Source of the DNA: an uncultured virus (IMG/VR IMGVR_UViG_3300042549_004140)
Taxonomy: Duplodnaviria; Heunggongvirae; Uroviricota; Caudoviricetes
Direction: 5' to 3' (one strand)
IMG/VR virus record: IMGVR_UViG_3300042549_004140
DNA: 64,000 bases
Shown: positions 9,879 through 18,739 of the stretch, piece after piece
Layout: every line of letters starts with the position of its first letter
Numbering within the stretch: position 1 is the stretch's first letter
The notes under the pieces: model-generated
The model's database searches: none
Told to the model about the DNA's origin: nothing
What the model saw: the letters and a program-made list of their open reading frames with translations, nothing else
Position numbers and translations under genes: made by a program

Positions 9879-10123
9879 TAGTCCTCCTTTGGTCTTAGAA
9901 TAATGATTGGTGTGTTCTCGTCATAGTCATACGAGTTCGTTAGTAGTTCTTCTAGCGTGTCTACCCACAAGCAACCTACTCCGTCTGGTGAGTAGAAGTA
10001 GTCGGTTTGGCGACCCATTTCATCTTGGTAGATTACATCTGTTCGCCAGCCCTCCTCCATACCACGCCATTCGTAGTCTGCGTGGGTTAGATACATAACT
10101 GATTTTTTGGTTGGTTTAGTCAT
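9878..10123 (-). CDS. Hypothetical protein
   Basis: AAAGGA RBS before MTKPT. Confidence 0.65.
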   Translation of the reverse strand: MTKPTKKSVMYLTHADYEWRGMEEGWRTDVIYQDEMGRQTDYFYSPDGVGCLWVDTLEELLTNSYDYDENTPIIILRPKED

Positions 10124-10378
10124 TGTGTTCCTTTCCATAATACAAGTCTAGCGGTTTGGGCTGACAAGTCAAGCGTGGGTCGAGGTCGGCGTTCTTTTTC
10201 TTTTGAAAAAGGTTTTAGTTATTCTGGCTGTGCGGAGCACGAATTATTCAATTTCCGGCCAGAAAGGGTGAACCCCCCTAGCAACCAATCTAGGGGGGTT
10301 CGGCAGAGGTGAAAGTAAACAAAGCCCTCTGCGGTTATCGGTAGGGGAAATGAGAATAAAAAACCTACCGATAAGTTG

Positions 10379-10777
10379 TTACACGATTTCTGGTTCTGGC
10401 TCTAACGCACTTGGCTTTTCACGAACCAAGACATTACGAGTGAATGAGGAGTTTCCCCACGCTAGGTCGTGTGAAATGCTGTCTGCCTCAATCTCGACAG
10501 AAGTTCCTGCTCGCTCTCCGTTATCCCAATCTCGGATAACGATACTTCCTGTTAGAGATACACGCTCGCCTTTGTGGATAGAACCTGCGGTGTTGATAGC
10601 CAACTGACGGAACGAAGTGATTGTATACCAATTCGTGTGTTCCTTGTATTTTCCGTCAGCGTTGCTGGTGTAGCCCTCGGTTTCCGCTACTCGGAATGAA
10701 GTTATTGGTAATCCCTCTGCGGTTACTATGTGTCGTGGTGTGGTCGCTACTAGACCTGTGATTGTGATTTTTGCCAT
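10379..10777 (-). CDS. ssb: Single-stranded DNA-binding protein
   Basis: ITITGLVATTP...ITSFRVA...TNWYTITSFRQLAIN...KGERVSLTG...SVEIEADSISHDL is an actinobacterial SSB OB-fold pattern. Confidence 0.9.
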   Translation of the reverse strand: MAKITITGLVATTPRHIVTAEGLPITSFRVAETEGYTSNADGKYKEHTNWYTITSFRQLAINTAGSIHKGERVSLTGSIVIRDWDNGERAGTSVEIEADSISHDLAWGNSSFTRNVLVREKPSALEPEPEIV

Positions 10778-10783
10778 TTTGTC

Positions 10784-11053
10784 CTACTTTCCGTATCGGC
10801 GTTGGTGCTTGGTTAGTTTGGTTTCTGAAATCATTTGGACTACTTCTTGGCGTTCGCTACGGAATTTGGTTTCCACAGCCACAGCCTCGGAGTAGCATAG
10901 TGATTTGATTTGTGTTTCTGTGATTGCTCGGAACACTCGTAGTTCTGCGGAGGTCTGCTCGTTTAGAAGTTCGAGTGCTTTTTTGAGGCTTGGTAGAACC
11001 TCAATGAGCGTGATGTTATCGGTGTTGGTGTCGTAGATTGCGTAGTTGGTCAT
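10784..11053 (-). CDS. Hypothetical protein
   Basis: ORF with AAAGG RBS in the operon. Confidence 0.65.
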   Translation of the reverse strand: MTNYAIYDTNTDNITLIEVLPSLKKALELLNEQTSAELRVFRAITETQIKSLCYSEAVAVETKFRSERQEVVQMISETKLTKHQRRYGK

Positions 11054-11074
11054 TTTTACCTTTCTACTGAAAGT

Positions 11075-11365
11075 CTACTTGTTTTGGAGTTCCAAGTCAA
11101 GAAGGAACTTTTTGTCGAATTCTGTCGCTCGCATTTTCATTCTCCAGCCCGCCAAAATAACTAAGTCGCATAGGTCGTAATCTAACGCTTTTGCTAGGCA
11201 CTCCAAGATTTCTGACGAACCTTCTTTCTGCCCTCGCTCGACTTCCGAGATGTAACCAAGAGCCACAGACGACTTCGTTGAAAGTTGGCGTAGCGTTAGC
11301 ATTTTCTCCTCGGTGCGGATTTCTTTTATGATTTCTCCGATTGCGTGGTTGAATTTCATTTTCAC
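11075..11365 (-). CDS. XRE-family HTH regulator, ClgR-like
   Basis: LTLRQLS..SSVALGYISEVERGQKEGSSEILECLAKALD matches the actinobacterial ClgR HTH pattern. Confidence 0.8.
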   Translation of the reverse strand: MKMKFNHAIGEIIKEIRTEEKMLTLRQLSTKSSVALGYISEVERGQKEGSSEILECLAKALDYDLCDLVILAGWRMKMRATEFDKKFLLDLELQNK

Positions 11366-11367
11366 TC

Positions 11368-11790
11368 CTAGTAAATAAGGTTTGGTTCTTCTGGGTTGAG
11401 GTCTGGCTTATTGCGTTCCTCTTGTTGAGCATACGCAAAAGCAACTGCCTCGTCTAGTTCAAAGATTGGCTCGGAGTAATAATCGAGGTCGGTGTCCGAG
11501 TAAACCTCGAACCAAGGATTGTTATACCAAGTTATTAGGTCTTTGTCGGCTAGTCGTTTGAGGTCGGTGTCGCTTTTGATACCTGCCTCCTCTAAGTCGG
11601 CTGGTTGCCTAATGTCGTGTTCTTTGCCCTCCTCGTCTACGAGAAGTATTCGAGTATCGCCACAGGCGACAACATAGAAGTCGCAATCGTCAGATTTCCA
11701 GACAACCTCTACATCACCGCTTGTGTAAAAAATAGCGTCTTGCTGGTCGAGGTCTGTGCCATAGGCACTAAGGTTCTCAATGAGAGCCAC
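11368..11790 (-). CDS. Acidic hypothetical protein, ends EEPNLIY
   Basis: ORF track; operon context. Confidence 0.75.
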   Translation of the reverse strand: MALIENLSAYGTDLDQQDAIFYTSGDVEVVWKSDDCDFYVVACGDTRILLVDEEGKEHDIRQPADLEEAGIKSDTDLKRLADKDLITWYNNPWFEVYSDTDLDYYSEPIFELDEAVAFAYAQQEERNKPDLNPEEPNLIY

Positions 11791-12101
11791 TACTCGACCT
11801 CCCTCGGCTCATACTCAATCGCACCGGTATCGGCATTGACAATGACAGGTGGGTTGTCGTCAGCGTAGTCAATGTCGCTGGCAACGCTAATCCCGAAACC
11901 GAGGTTGCCTGTGTAGTTGCCGAGTTCAGCGAACTTGTGGAAAATCTGTGCTGTCAAGTAAGAGGGGTCGCCAACTCGGTCTGTGTGAGTTAGCACTTCC
12001 TCAACTGCCTTGATGTTATCTTCGCCTGACCAATGCCCGTAGAGGTGGATTGGTTTTTCGAATTGTTCCGAAGTGATGTAGATACTTGCTCTGTCGCCCA
12101 T
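11790..12101 (-). CDS. Hypothetical protein
   Basis: MGDRA...LYGHWSG; own promoter and RBS. Confidence 0.75.
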   Translation of the reverse strand: MGDRASIYITSEQFEKPIHLYGHWSGEDNIKAVEEVLTHTDRVGDPSYLTAQIFHKFAELGNYTGNLGFGISVASDIDYADDNPPVIVNADTGAIEYEPREVE

Positions 12102-12161
12102 TTTGTTTGTCCTTTCTCTGGGTCTAATCCAAGTCTAGTCTTTTGGTGGTGCTTGTCAAGT

Positions 12162-12509
12162 TTAGTAAACGATTTCTTTTTCTTCGCCTGAACAAGACAC
12201 GCAGACTTTCTCTCCCTTGTCTTTTTCTTTGGCATTGTAGTCATAACCAAAGCAATCTTGACATTTGAACTTTACGAGAGTGTCGTGTAGCGAACTTCTG
12301 AAAGTGTCCTGCGTAATGTCGGCCAGATAGTCGGTGTCCATTCCGTCAATAACTTTCAACCAATCTTCGTCTTTTATCTCGAAGTCCTCCACATCTCCGT
12401 TGTGGAGTTCAGCAACCTCGTCTTTGTCGTAGATGATTGCGAAAACCTGCTCGTCAGGGTCTTTCCTTGCGAAATAGTCCGCGAGCCACTTATTCGTGTA
12501 AACAGCCAT
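12162..12509 (-). CDS. Zn-ribbon protein, paralog 1, ends EEKEIVY
   Basis: C-terminal CxxC..CxxC; similar to the 12509 and 13330 ORFs. Confidence 0.8.
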   Translation of the reverse strand: MAVYTNKWLADYFARKDPDEQVFAIIYDKDEVAELHNGDVEDFEIKDEDWLKVIDGMDTDYLADITQDTFRSSLHDTLVKFKCQDCFGYDYNAKEKDKGEKVCVSCSGEEKEIVY

Positions 12510-12856
12510 TAGTAGACCTCATCTTCTTCTTCGCCACAGCCCTTACAGATGTTCTCGCCTGTGTCGCCAGCGTTTTTGAGTTCGTAGTCGAGAGTGTCGC
12601 ATTGTTCGCACTTATAGCCCGACATTACATCATAAACGCTGTCCGAGAAGTCCTCGTAATAGCCCTCGTAAATCCTACTTCGATTTTCGACAGCAGTAGC
12701 GATTGTCGCCCAATGCTCGTCTTTGATTTTGAAACGAGCGTCAAACCCGCCTCCGTAGAAACTGCTCTCCACATCTCGGCGGTCAAACCAAGTGATGATG
12801 ATTTCATCTTCTGGGTCTAACCCAGAGAGTGCCTCTAAAACTTTGCTAACTTTCAT
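12509..12856 (-). CDS. Zn-ribbon protein, paralog 2, ends EEEDEVY
   Basis: Same architecture as the 12162 ORF. Confidence 0.8.
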   Translation of the reverse strand: MKVSKVLEALSGLDPEDEIIITWFDRRDVESSFYGGGFDARFKIKDEHWATIATAVENRSRIYEGYYEDFSDSVYDVMSGYKCEQCDTLDYELKNAGDTGENICKGCGEEEDEVY

Positions 12857-12866
12857 TTTGTCCTCT

Positions 12867-13292
12867 CTAAATCAAGTTTGGTTCATAAGCAGGGAGGCTG
12901 TCAAGCCATTCGACTAACTTTCTTGGGGCAATCCCACCGCTTTTGTTCACTAGGTCGTTCACATAGTCGGAGGTGTTGCCCAAGTAGGTAGTCCACTCGT
13001 CTAGGTCGCCTATTGCTAACCAATCTGGCATACCGAGTTTGTAGCAGAGCAGGTAGTCAATCATTTTGTAGTCTGCCTCTTTATCGGGGTAAAAGTTCTC
13101 TGTGAAATACTCTGCGCTGTAATCTGTGCCGAGGACTTCCTCTGGGTCGTCTTTATCAACCGATAGTTGATACGCTGTGATGTTCAGCACTCCGCTTTCG
13201 AGCGACCAGATGTTTATGTCATAGTTGCGATAGCCCGAATACATTATTGGGGGCGTAACCAAGTCTGGTTCTTCGTAGATTTTTCTGTCCAT
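12867..13292 (-). CDS. Hypothetical protein
   Basis: 141-aa ORF directly behind a promoter (possibly leaderless). Confidence 0.7.
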   Translation of the reverse strand: MDRKIYEEPDLVTPPIMYSGYRNYDINIWSLESGVLNITAYQLSVDKDDPEEVLGTDYSAEYFTENFYPDKEADYKMIDYLLCYKLGMPDWLAIGDLDEWTTYLGNTSDYVNDLVNKSGGIAPRKLVEWLDSLPAYEPNLI

Positions 13293-13329
13293 ACCTAAAT
13301 CCTAAGTTCTAACGAACTTCGTGTCAAGT

Positions 13330-13647
13330 TTAGTAAACGATTTCTTTTTCTTCTCCGCACTTCGAGCAAATAAACCCTCGTTTGTCTAGGTCTTGGGCTT
13401 TGTAGTCATACAGCCCACACTTGTCGCATAGGAACTCTCCGTCCACGCAATCCGCCAGCGTTTCGACTACATACTCCCAATCGCCACTAAATTCATTTAT
13501 GAACTTCGTGAAATCATCATCAGAGATTTCACAGCCCTCAACGAAGTATTCGCTAACATCATCTTTGCCAGCGTAAGCCCACCAGAGCAGAGTGTCTGGT
13601 GGCATTTTTGATAGCCTGTCAATCAGGTCTTTTGCTGTGTAACTCAT
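13330..13647 (-). CDS. Zn-ribbon protein, paralog 3, ends EEKEIVY
   Basis: ATG overlaps the upstream TAA; same architecture as the 12162 ORF. Confidence 0.8.
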   Translation of the reverse strand: MSYTAKDLIDRLSKMPPDTLLWWAYAGKDDVSEYFVEGCEISDDDFTKFINEFSGDWEYVVETLADCVDGEFLCDKCGLYDYKAQDLDKRGFICSKCGEEKEIVY

Positions 13648-14387
13648 TAGTAGACCACATCTGGTTCTTCGACAGCACCCTCGCACTCACAGCCGTCATA
13701 GCCGTATTCGAGGTGGTGTCGCTTGATTTCGAGTGCCTTGTCTGGGCAATCGTCATACCAATCGTGAGGTTCATCTTCTGACCACTCGCATTGGCAAGTT
13801 CTATCACGCTTGGCGTTATCTTCGTGGCTGTCTGGTATGTCCCAAGTTTCCGTAATAGTGAACTCACCCTCGACACCAGAGTAGGTAGCCCCCCAGCCCT
13901 GTTCTTCTTCGCCCTCGAAGTCGAATGACAACTCTGGGTGCTGTTCAGTAATAGCCCTAAATCCCTGCTCTGGGATAGACCACTTGCTCTCGAACGAGTA
14001 GTTCACGCTGGCAGTTTTTCCGTCATCAGAAATCTCAATCTCGGCTGGGTTGGTCAGTTCCCAAATGTCGTGGCTAATGCCCCAATTGCGATAGTTCCAA
14101 TCGGAGGCGTTCTTGCCAGAGAAAGACATTCGCCAAGCCAACTGCTTTTCGTCTGACCACTTCTCATAGCCCTTTGGCTTTTCCTCTTGCTTGCGACCAT
14201 AGTAGTAGTCCAAGTCCTCCTCTGGTGGTCGCACGAAGTTCCAGAAAGCAAATCCGCAATCCATAACTTCTTCTTTGTCGCTGTTCGACCATTTCTGGGA
14301 GTAAGGCTTTCCAGCCTTAGCCATAAAAGCCTGAATGTCCTCGGTGCTACCGCTGACACCAAACCAATTGCTTACATAGTTTGCCAT
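13647..14387 (-). CDS. DUF1281/YubB ferredoxin-like domain protein, ends EEPDVVY
   Basis: MANYVSN...DWNYRNWG...YSFESKWSIP...HPELSF...EEQGWG pattern. Confidence 0.65.
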   Translation of the reverse strand: MANYVSNWFGVSGSTEDIQAFMAKAGKPYSQKWSNSDKEEVMDCGFAFWNFVRPPEEDLDYYYGRKQEEKPKGYEKWSDEKQLAWRMSFSGKNASDWNYRNWGISHDIWELTNPAEIEISDDGKTASVNYSFESKWSIPEQGFRAITEQHPELSFDFEGEEEQGWGATYSGVEGEFTITETWDIPDSHEDNAKRDRTCQCEWSEDEPHDWYDDCPDKALEIKRHHLEYGYDGCECEGAVEEPDVVY

Positions 14388-14497
14388 TTCGTTTGTCCTT
14401 TCGTTTGGCTATACCTCAATGTTAGTTCCAACGAAACTTCGTGTCAAGTTGGATTTTGGAGGAGGGCAGAGAGGAATTTGCCCTCCCCCAAGTTTGG

Positions 14498-16309
14498 TCA
14501 GTAAGCGTTTCGCTTACCAATGCTTTCGAGAGCCTTTGCCCCAGCCTCACCAATCAGGATTGCCGATTGCTCAACCGACTTGCCAGATAGCGAAACAGCG
14601 TGAGCCGAACTGCCAGCCCCGAAGTAGTTTTCGACCTGTGAGGTGCTGTTGTCGAAAGTCAGCCAGAGAACCGCCACGCCAAGTCTGTCGCACTCGGCAA
14701 TCCACTTCTTAGCGTGGCTTGGCTCTGACCCTGCGTAGTGTCCGTCAGAAACGATTACCAGCAACCTCGCACCTTTTCCGTCTAGCAAGTTGAGGTGTCC
14801 GTCAATGGCTCGGAACGCTTGGTCGAACTTCTCTGTTCCGTCTGGGGCTGTGTAGACCCTGACTTCATCAAGTGGCTCACCTTTTCTAAGCGTTGGGAAT
14901 ACGCCAGAGCCGAAGTAGACCATAGCAGTTGAGGCTTGGATACGCCGACCAGCGTTTGCCAGCACCCACGCTGTAATCGCCATTGGTGTCATAGCCCCAC
15001 CCATTGAGCCTGAAATGTCTACCATTACTCCAATGGACAAGGTTGGCTCGTCTGTGTGCTTGCGAGTTTTGTGTTCCCACGCCTCGACCTGCGTGTGGAT
15101 ACCTTTTGATTTGAGAGCCTGTGCCTGAACCAATGCCCTCGACTTCAAGCGACCCTGTGGCAAGACCGAGCGAACGATAGTTACATCACGCTCGCGATAC
15201 TTTGCCTTTTCTAACATCTGGGCGACCTTGACCGAGGCTACTCGCTCAACCGAGGTTGGCTTGCGAACTTCGGAAAGTTTTGAGGAGGAGGAGGTTTCAC
15301 CAGCACCAGAGTTCTTGGCAAAGGTCTTGTTAGCCTCTTTCTTGTTTTCATCTCGGCGTTTGCTGTCGTTGGACTTTTCCTTGACTTCGTTCTCCCAGCG
15401 TTCGTCTTGTTGCTGGTCGCCAATCTCAACGACAACTTGGAAACCTGTTTCCTCCGCACCATTTTCGAGAGCCTCTTTGATTTTGTCAATCATCTCTTGG
15501 GGCATTGGGAAACCACAGCCACCCTCGCCACCCTCGCCCTCGCCCTCGCCCTCGCCATTCTCTTTGGCTTTGTCCTCGACCAACTTATCCCACTCGATAG
15601 CAAGTTGGTAAAGAGGTTCAGCGTTGTTGTGGATTGTGTAGTTTTGAGCCTTACGCCAGATAGTGCGTAGTTGCCCATAAAGTTCTTCACCGAGGTTGAA
15701 CTTCACTAGGTCAATCACATCTGCTACATCAGAAAGTTCCAAAACGCCAGCATCAATTCTTGCCCCGACCAGCCCTGCGATTTTGGCACAGGCTCGCGTG
15801 GTGCTGTGTAGTCCGAGGTCGTCTGGGTTGAGGTCAGCGATAACGATTTCCATAGCACAGGCTCGGAGGAACACTCTGTTCTTCGGGAAAGTCAAAACGC
15901 CCATAGCCTCAATGCGACCCTCCTCTAACAAGTGGAGTGCCTCATTCTGCCCTCTGGTCAAATCTTCGTTGGACTTCATCAAATCCCATTGAGTGAACCG
16001 AGCGTGTAAGGCTTCGTGGAGGATAGCACCTGTGGCTCTTGGGAACTCGAACATCATTTCCCTATCGTTCAGGTCGCCAATGATTTCTGGTTCAGTAACC
16101 CCGAAAGCCACTTTGGTATTGACTTCGATTTCTGCTGTGCGTGGGTCGAATAGGGCTGGGGCTGGGGCAGACATAACCTCACCAACATAAACCACTAGGT
16201 CGTTTCGTTCAGCCCACTTGTTTACAAGTTGCCCAACCTGTGAGCCAACTTTGAGCCACTCGCTAGGAGTGTTCTTTACTGCTGTTTTGCTAGTTCCGAA
16301 GTGCGACAT
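14498..16309 (-). CDS. VWA-domain protein with N-terminal HExxH region (CobT/MoxR-partner-like)
   Basis: MIDAS motif VDISGSM, GT, VIVSDG; HEALH; acidic GE-repeat linker. Confidence 0.85.
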   Translation of the reverse strand: MSHFGTSKTAVKNTPSEWLKVGSQVGQLVNKWAERNDLVVYVGEVMSAPAPALFDPRTAEIEVNTKVAFGVTEPEIIGDLNDREMMFEFPRATGAILHEALHARFTQWDLMKSNEDLTRGQNEALHLLEEGRIEAMGVLTFPKNRVFLRACAMEIVIADLNPDDLGLHSTTRACAKIAGLVGARIDAGVLELSDVADVIDLVKFNLGEELYGQLRTIWRKAQNYTIHNNAEPLYQLAIEWDKLVEDKAKENGEGEGEGEGGEGGCGFPMPQEMIDKIKEALENGAEETGFQVVVEIGDQQQDERWENEVKEKSNDSKRRDENKKEANKTFAKNSGAGETSSSSKLSEVRKPTSVERVASVKVAQMLEKAKYRERDVTIVRSVLPQGRLKSRALVQAQALKSKGIHTQVEAWEHKTRKHTDEPTLSIGVMVDISGSMGGAMTPMAITAWVLANAGRRIQASTAMVYFGSGVFPTLRKGEPLDEVRVYTAPDGTEKFDQAFRAIDGHLNLLDGKGARLLVIVSDGHYAGSEPSHAKKWIAECDRLGVAVLWLTFDNSTSQVENYFGAGSSAHAVSLSGKSVEQSAILIGEAGAKALESIGKRNAY

Positions 16310-16439
16310 TTGTTTTCCTCTCGTTTGTCGTCTAAGTCCAAGTTACCAGATTTGATTTGTTTGTCAAGTCTGATAAAAAACGAGGGAGGGTAGTGGGGGA
16401 ACTACCCTCCCTCTCAACAAAATCTAGTTGGACAAATAA

Positions 16440-17480
16440 CTAGATTTTGGCTGGTCGGCACTCCTCGCCAAACACTCTGGTAAATGTTTCAGCGACTACT
16501 GCCCTGTCATTTTCAGGTGAGGAGGCGAGCAAGTTCTCGATTGCGAACTTAGTGCCAAAGGTGTTTGCGTTATCTCGGAAACCCTCCAACTCTCGCATTT
16601 GAGGCGACCAAGAGATTTGACCCTCTTGTTGCTTTTTTGCGAGGTTGAGCGAGGCTGTGATAGCCATAGCAGGGATACCAAGTTTTTTGGCTAGTCCATA
16701 GTCTGTCGTCATTTCAGCCTGAATGATGAAACGAGATAGCAGAGCCTCGGACAAGCGAACGCCAGGTGCGTTTGGATTGGTAGCACCAATCACGAAGAAA
16801 CCCTCTTGGGCTTTGACCAGCCCTCGCTCTGGGTTTTGCGTGATTGTGATTTCGCCACGACCATCTATCAAGCCATAGAGAGCCGAGAGAACCTTAGTGT
16901 CAATCAGACCAATCTCGTCAATCAGTAGTGGGCGACCCTGTTCAGCCGCTTTTACCAAATCTCCGTCTACCCACTCGAAACCGCCACTTGGTGTCTGAAC
17001 ATAGCCACCAATGAAGTCTGCTAATTCTGTGTCGCCAGAGCCGAGGATAGTGAACAAGTCCTCACCAAAAGCCGCCTCGACCAGAGCAGTTTTGCCACAG
17101 CCCGGACTACCATAAAGCAAGGTGTAAAGTTTCTTCGAGCGAGCCATTCGCAACACCTCAACATCAGCGTTGTCAGTAGACCCCCACTTGCGAGCGTGAT
17201 ACGCCACTCCATTCGGGCGAATGTAAGTTCCCTCGCCAACGAGTGCCTCTGTTTCCACAGCAGTTTCCTCTTTCGTTCCTGCCCCACGCTTGGTCAGTTT
17301 GCCAGCGTTGGGAAAGTAGGTGTCAAGGGCTGGGTTGGTAGCGAACTTTTCGCTAAGACCCTGACCAGCGATAGATACAATCAGGTCGCCTAGACCCTCA
17401 AACATTCTATCAGAGGTCGAAATTCTGTCTTTGGTGTTGAGTTCCTCGAACTCGATTTCTGTGTAATTCGCAGTAGTCAT
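16440..17480 (-). CDS. MoxR/CbbQ-NirQ-type AAA+ ATPase
   Basis: Walker A GSPGCGKT, Walker B LLIDE, ATNP, LSEALLSRF; adjacent to the VWA gene. Confidence 0.9.
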   Translation of the reverse strand: MTTANYTEIEFEELNTKDRISTSDRMFEGLGDLIVSIAGQGLSEKFATNPALDTYFPNAGKLTKRGAGTKEETAVETEALVGEGTYIRPNGVAYHARKWGSTDNADVEVLRMARSKKLYTLLYGSPGCGKTALVEAAFGEDLFTILGSGDTELADFIGGYVQTPSGGFEWVDGDLVKAAEQGRPLLIDEIGLIDTKVLSALYGLIDGRGEITITQNPERGLVKAQEGFFVIGATNPNAPGVRLSEALLSRFIIQAEMTTDYGLAKKLGIPAMAITASLNLAKKQQEGQISWSPQMRELEGFRDNANTFGTKFAIENLLASSPENDRAVVAETFTRVFGEECRPAKI

Positions 17481-17492
17481 TGTTTGTCCTCT

Positions 17493-17981
17493 CTACTCTG
17501 CGTTTTCGTTTAGTAGTTCATCTGGGAAACCTAGTTCTTTTCTTGCTCGCATTATTCTACGAACCAGAGCCGAGGGAGTTTCCCATTCCTTAGTGTTCAG
17601 CAAGTCCTCCATAGAGAATTCCAGAACGATTGGGGCTTTGTAAAGTTCCCACTTGTTATTGTGGAGGTTGTTCAGGGTCTTTGTCAATTCGACAATCATT
17701 TCCTGTGCCATTGGCTCTGGGTCAATACCCTCTGGTAGTGGAACTACCTTGCCGACATTCTGTTCCTTGCGTTCCGAGAGCGTAGCCTCGTTTGGTGCTG
17801 TGTAGCATTTCCAAGGCTTTTTAGGCGACCAAGTAGAAATCTGCCTACGCCAAGTTGATACAGGAACATAGTTCCCCTCGCTGTCAAAGCCCTCTGGCGT
17901 GATAACGATTTGTGCTGTGTTTACACCTTTGCGGAATTCAAGGTAGAGTGCCTTGCCGATTAGGTTTGCGTGGTCTGACAT
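17493..17981 (-). CDS. Hypothetical protein
   Basis: AAAGGA RBS before MSDHA. Confidence 0.75.
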   Translation of the reverse strand: MSDHANLIGKALYLEFRKGVNTAQIVITPEGFDSEGNYVPVSTWRRQISTWSPKKPWKCYTAPNEATLSERKEQNVGKVVPLPEGIDPEPMAQEMIVELTKTLNNLHNNKWELYKAPIVLEFSMEDLLNTKEWETPSALVRRIMRARKELGFPDELLNENAE

Positions 17982-18061
17982 TGTTTGTCCTTTCGTTTGT
18001 CTGACATTACTGACATTACTCTCGTTGAAAGTTCGTGTCAAGTTTATTTTGATTTATTTTT

Positions 18062-18667
18062 TTAGTGGTGGAAATCAACAGGGATTAGGTATTGCTTTTG
18101 TGGGTTCTTCGCACAGCGTTCGTGGTAGTCGCGAAGTGAGGCTGTCCAAGAAGATAAGTCATAGATAGCACTCTCATAGTTCCAATCATCACCGAGCAGT
18201 TCGATTAGTTTTCCTAGTTTCCAGAAATCGTGAGCAAGGAATGGAACACCTGCTGGGTTGTATTCATCAACCAAAGTTGATAGGTCTGGAATACCTACTG
18301 CTGGAACGCACTCACGCATAGCCTGTTTGCGATAGCCGAGAAACCTGTCCATTACATAGTCAGCAAGTTCGGGATTGTCTGCGTAGCAGAGGTAGTTAGG
18401 AATGGTGTCCTTGTCCAGAGTGCCAGCCTCAATAAGAGCCTCTTGCTCTGGTGTGATGAAAACCTGACCAGACCAACGCCCAGCGAAGTTCATACTTGCG
18501 TAGTCGCTGGCATTGTGCCAATCAGACCAAGCGGGGGTGTGGTCGTTTTCTAAGGTCATCTCGATTTCTCGAAACGCCTCCTCTGGGCTGTCTGCCTCGA
18601 CCAGAATTATTTGGATTGTGTGAATGGTGTGTCCTCTCGTAAAAGTGCCATAAGAGAAGTAAAGCAC
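18062..18667 (-). CDS. Hypothetical protein (start uncertain)
   Basis: ~200-aa ORF. Confidence 0.7.
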   Translation of the reverse strand: MLYFSYGTFTRGHTIHTIQIILVEADSPEEAFREIEMTLENDHTPAWSDWHNASDYASMNFAGRWSGQVFITPEQEALIEAGTLDKDTIPNYLCYADNPELADYVMDRFLGYRKQAMRECVPAVGIPDLSTLVDEYNPAGVPFLAHDFWKLGKLIELLGDDWNYESAIYDLSSWTASLRDYHERCAKNPQKQYLIPVDFHH

Positions 18668-18739
18668 ACGCCACCGACATTTGGCAAGTTATTACGAAAG
18701 TTCGTGAAAAGTGTTTATAACGAAATGGTAACGATACGC

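Larger units (their letters stand above)
204..10255. repeat. Dispersed array of 16 intergenic ~35-bp elements, TTATTCTGNNTGNNC-GGA-GNNCNAWT...CAATTTC, separating short gene cassettes
   Basis: Copies start at 204, 817, 1360, 2135, 2695, 3129, 3791, 4382, 5039, 5524, 6220, 6793, 7435, 8425, 9146 and 10219. All are intergenic and in the same orientation, with a T-tract on the left and usually a terminator hairpin on the right. Confidence 0.97.

Noticed and set aside
204..10255. CRISPR array interpretation of the 16 repeats
   Set aside because: The intervening sequences are 400-1000 bp and contain whole genes with promoters and terminators; no cas genes are visible.
204..10255. Classical integron attC cassette array
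   Set aside because: No RYYYAAC/GTTRRRY ends or long imperfect attC palindromes, cassettes carry their own promoters, and no tyrosine integrase is in the window.
15519..15557. (CCCTCG)n microsatellite
   Set aside because: It encodes the GEGEGEG linker of the VWA protein; ordinary low complexity.
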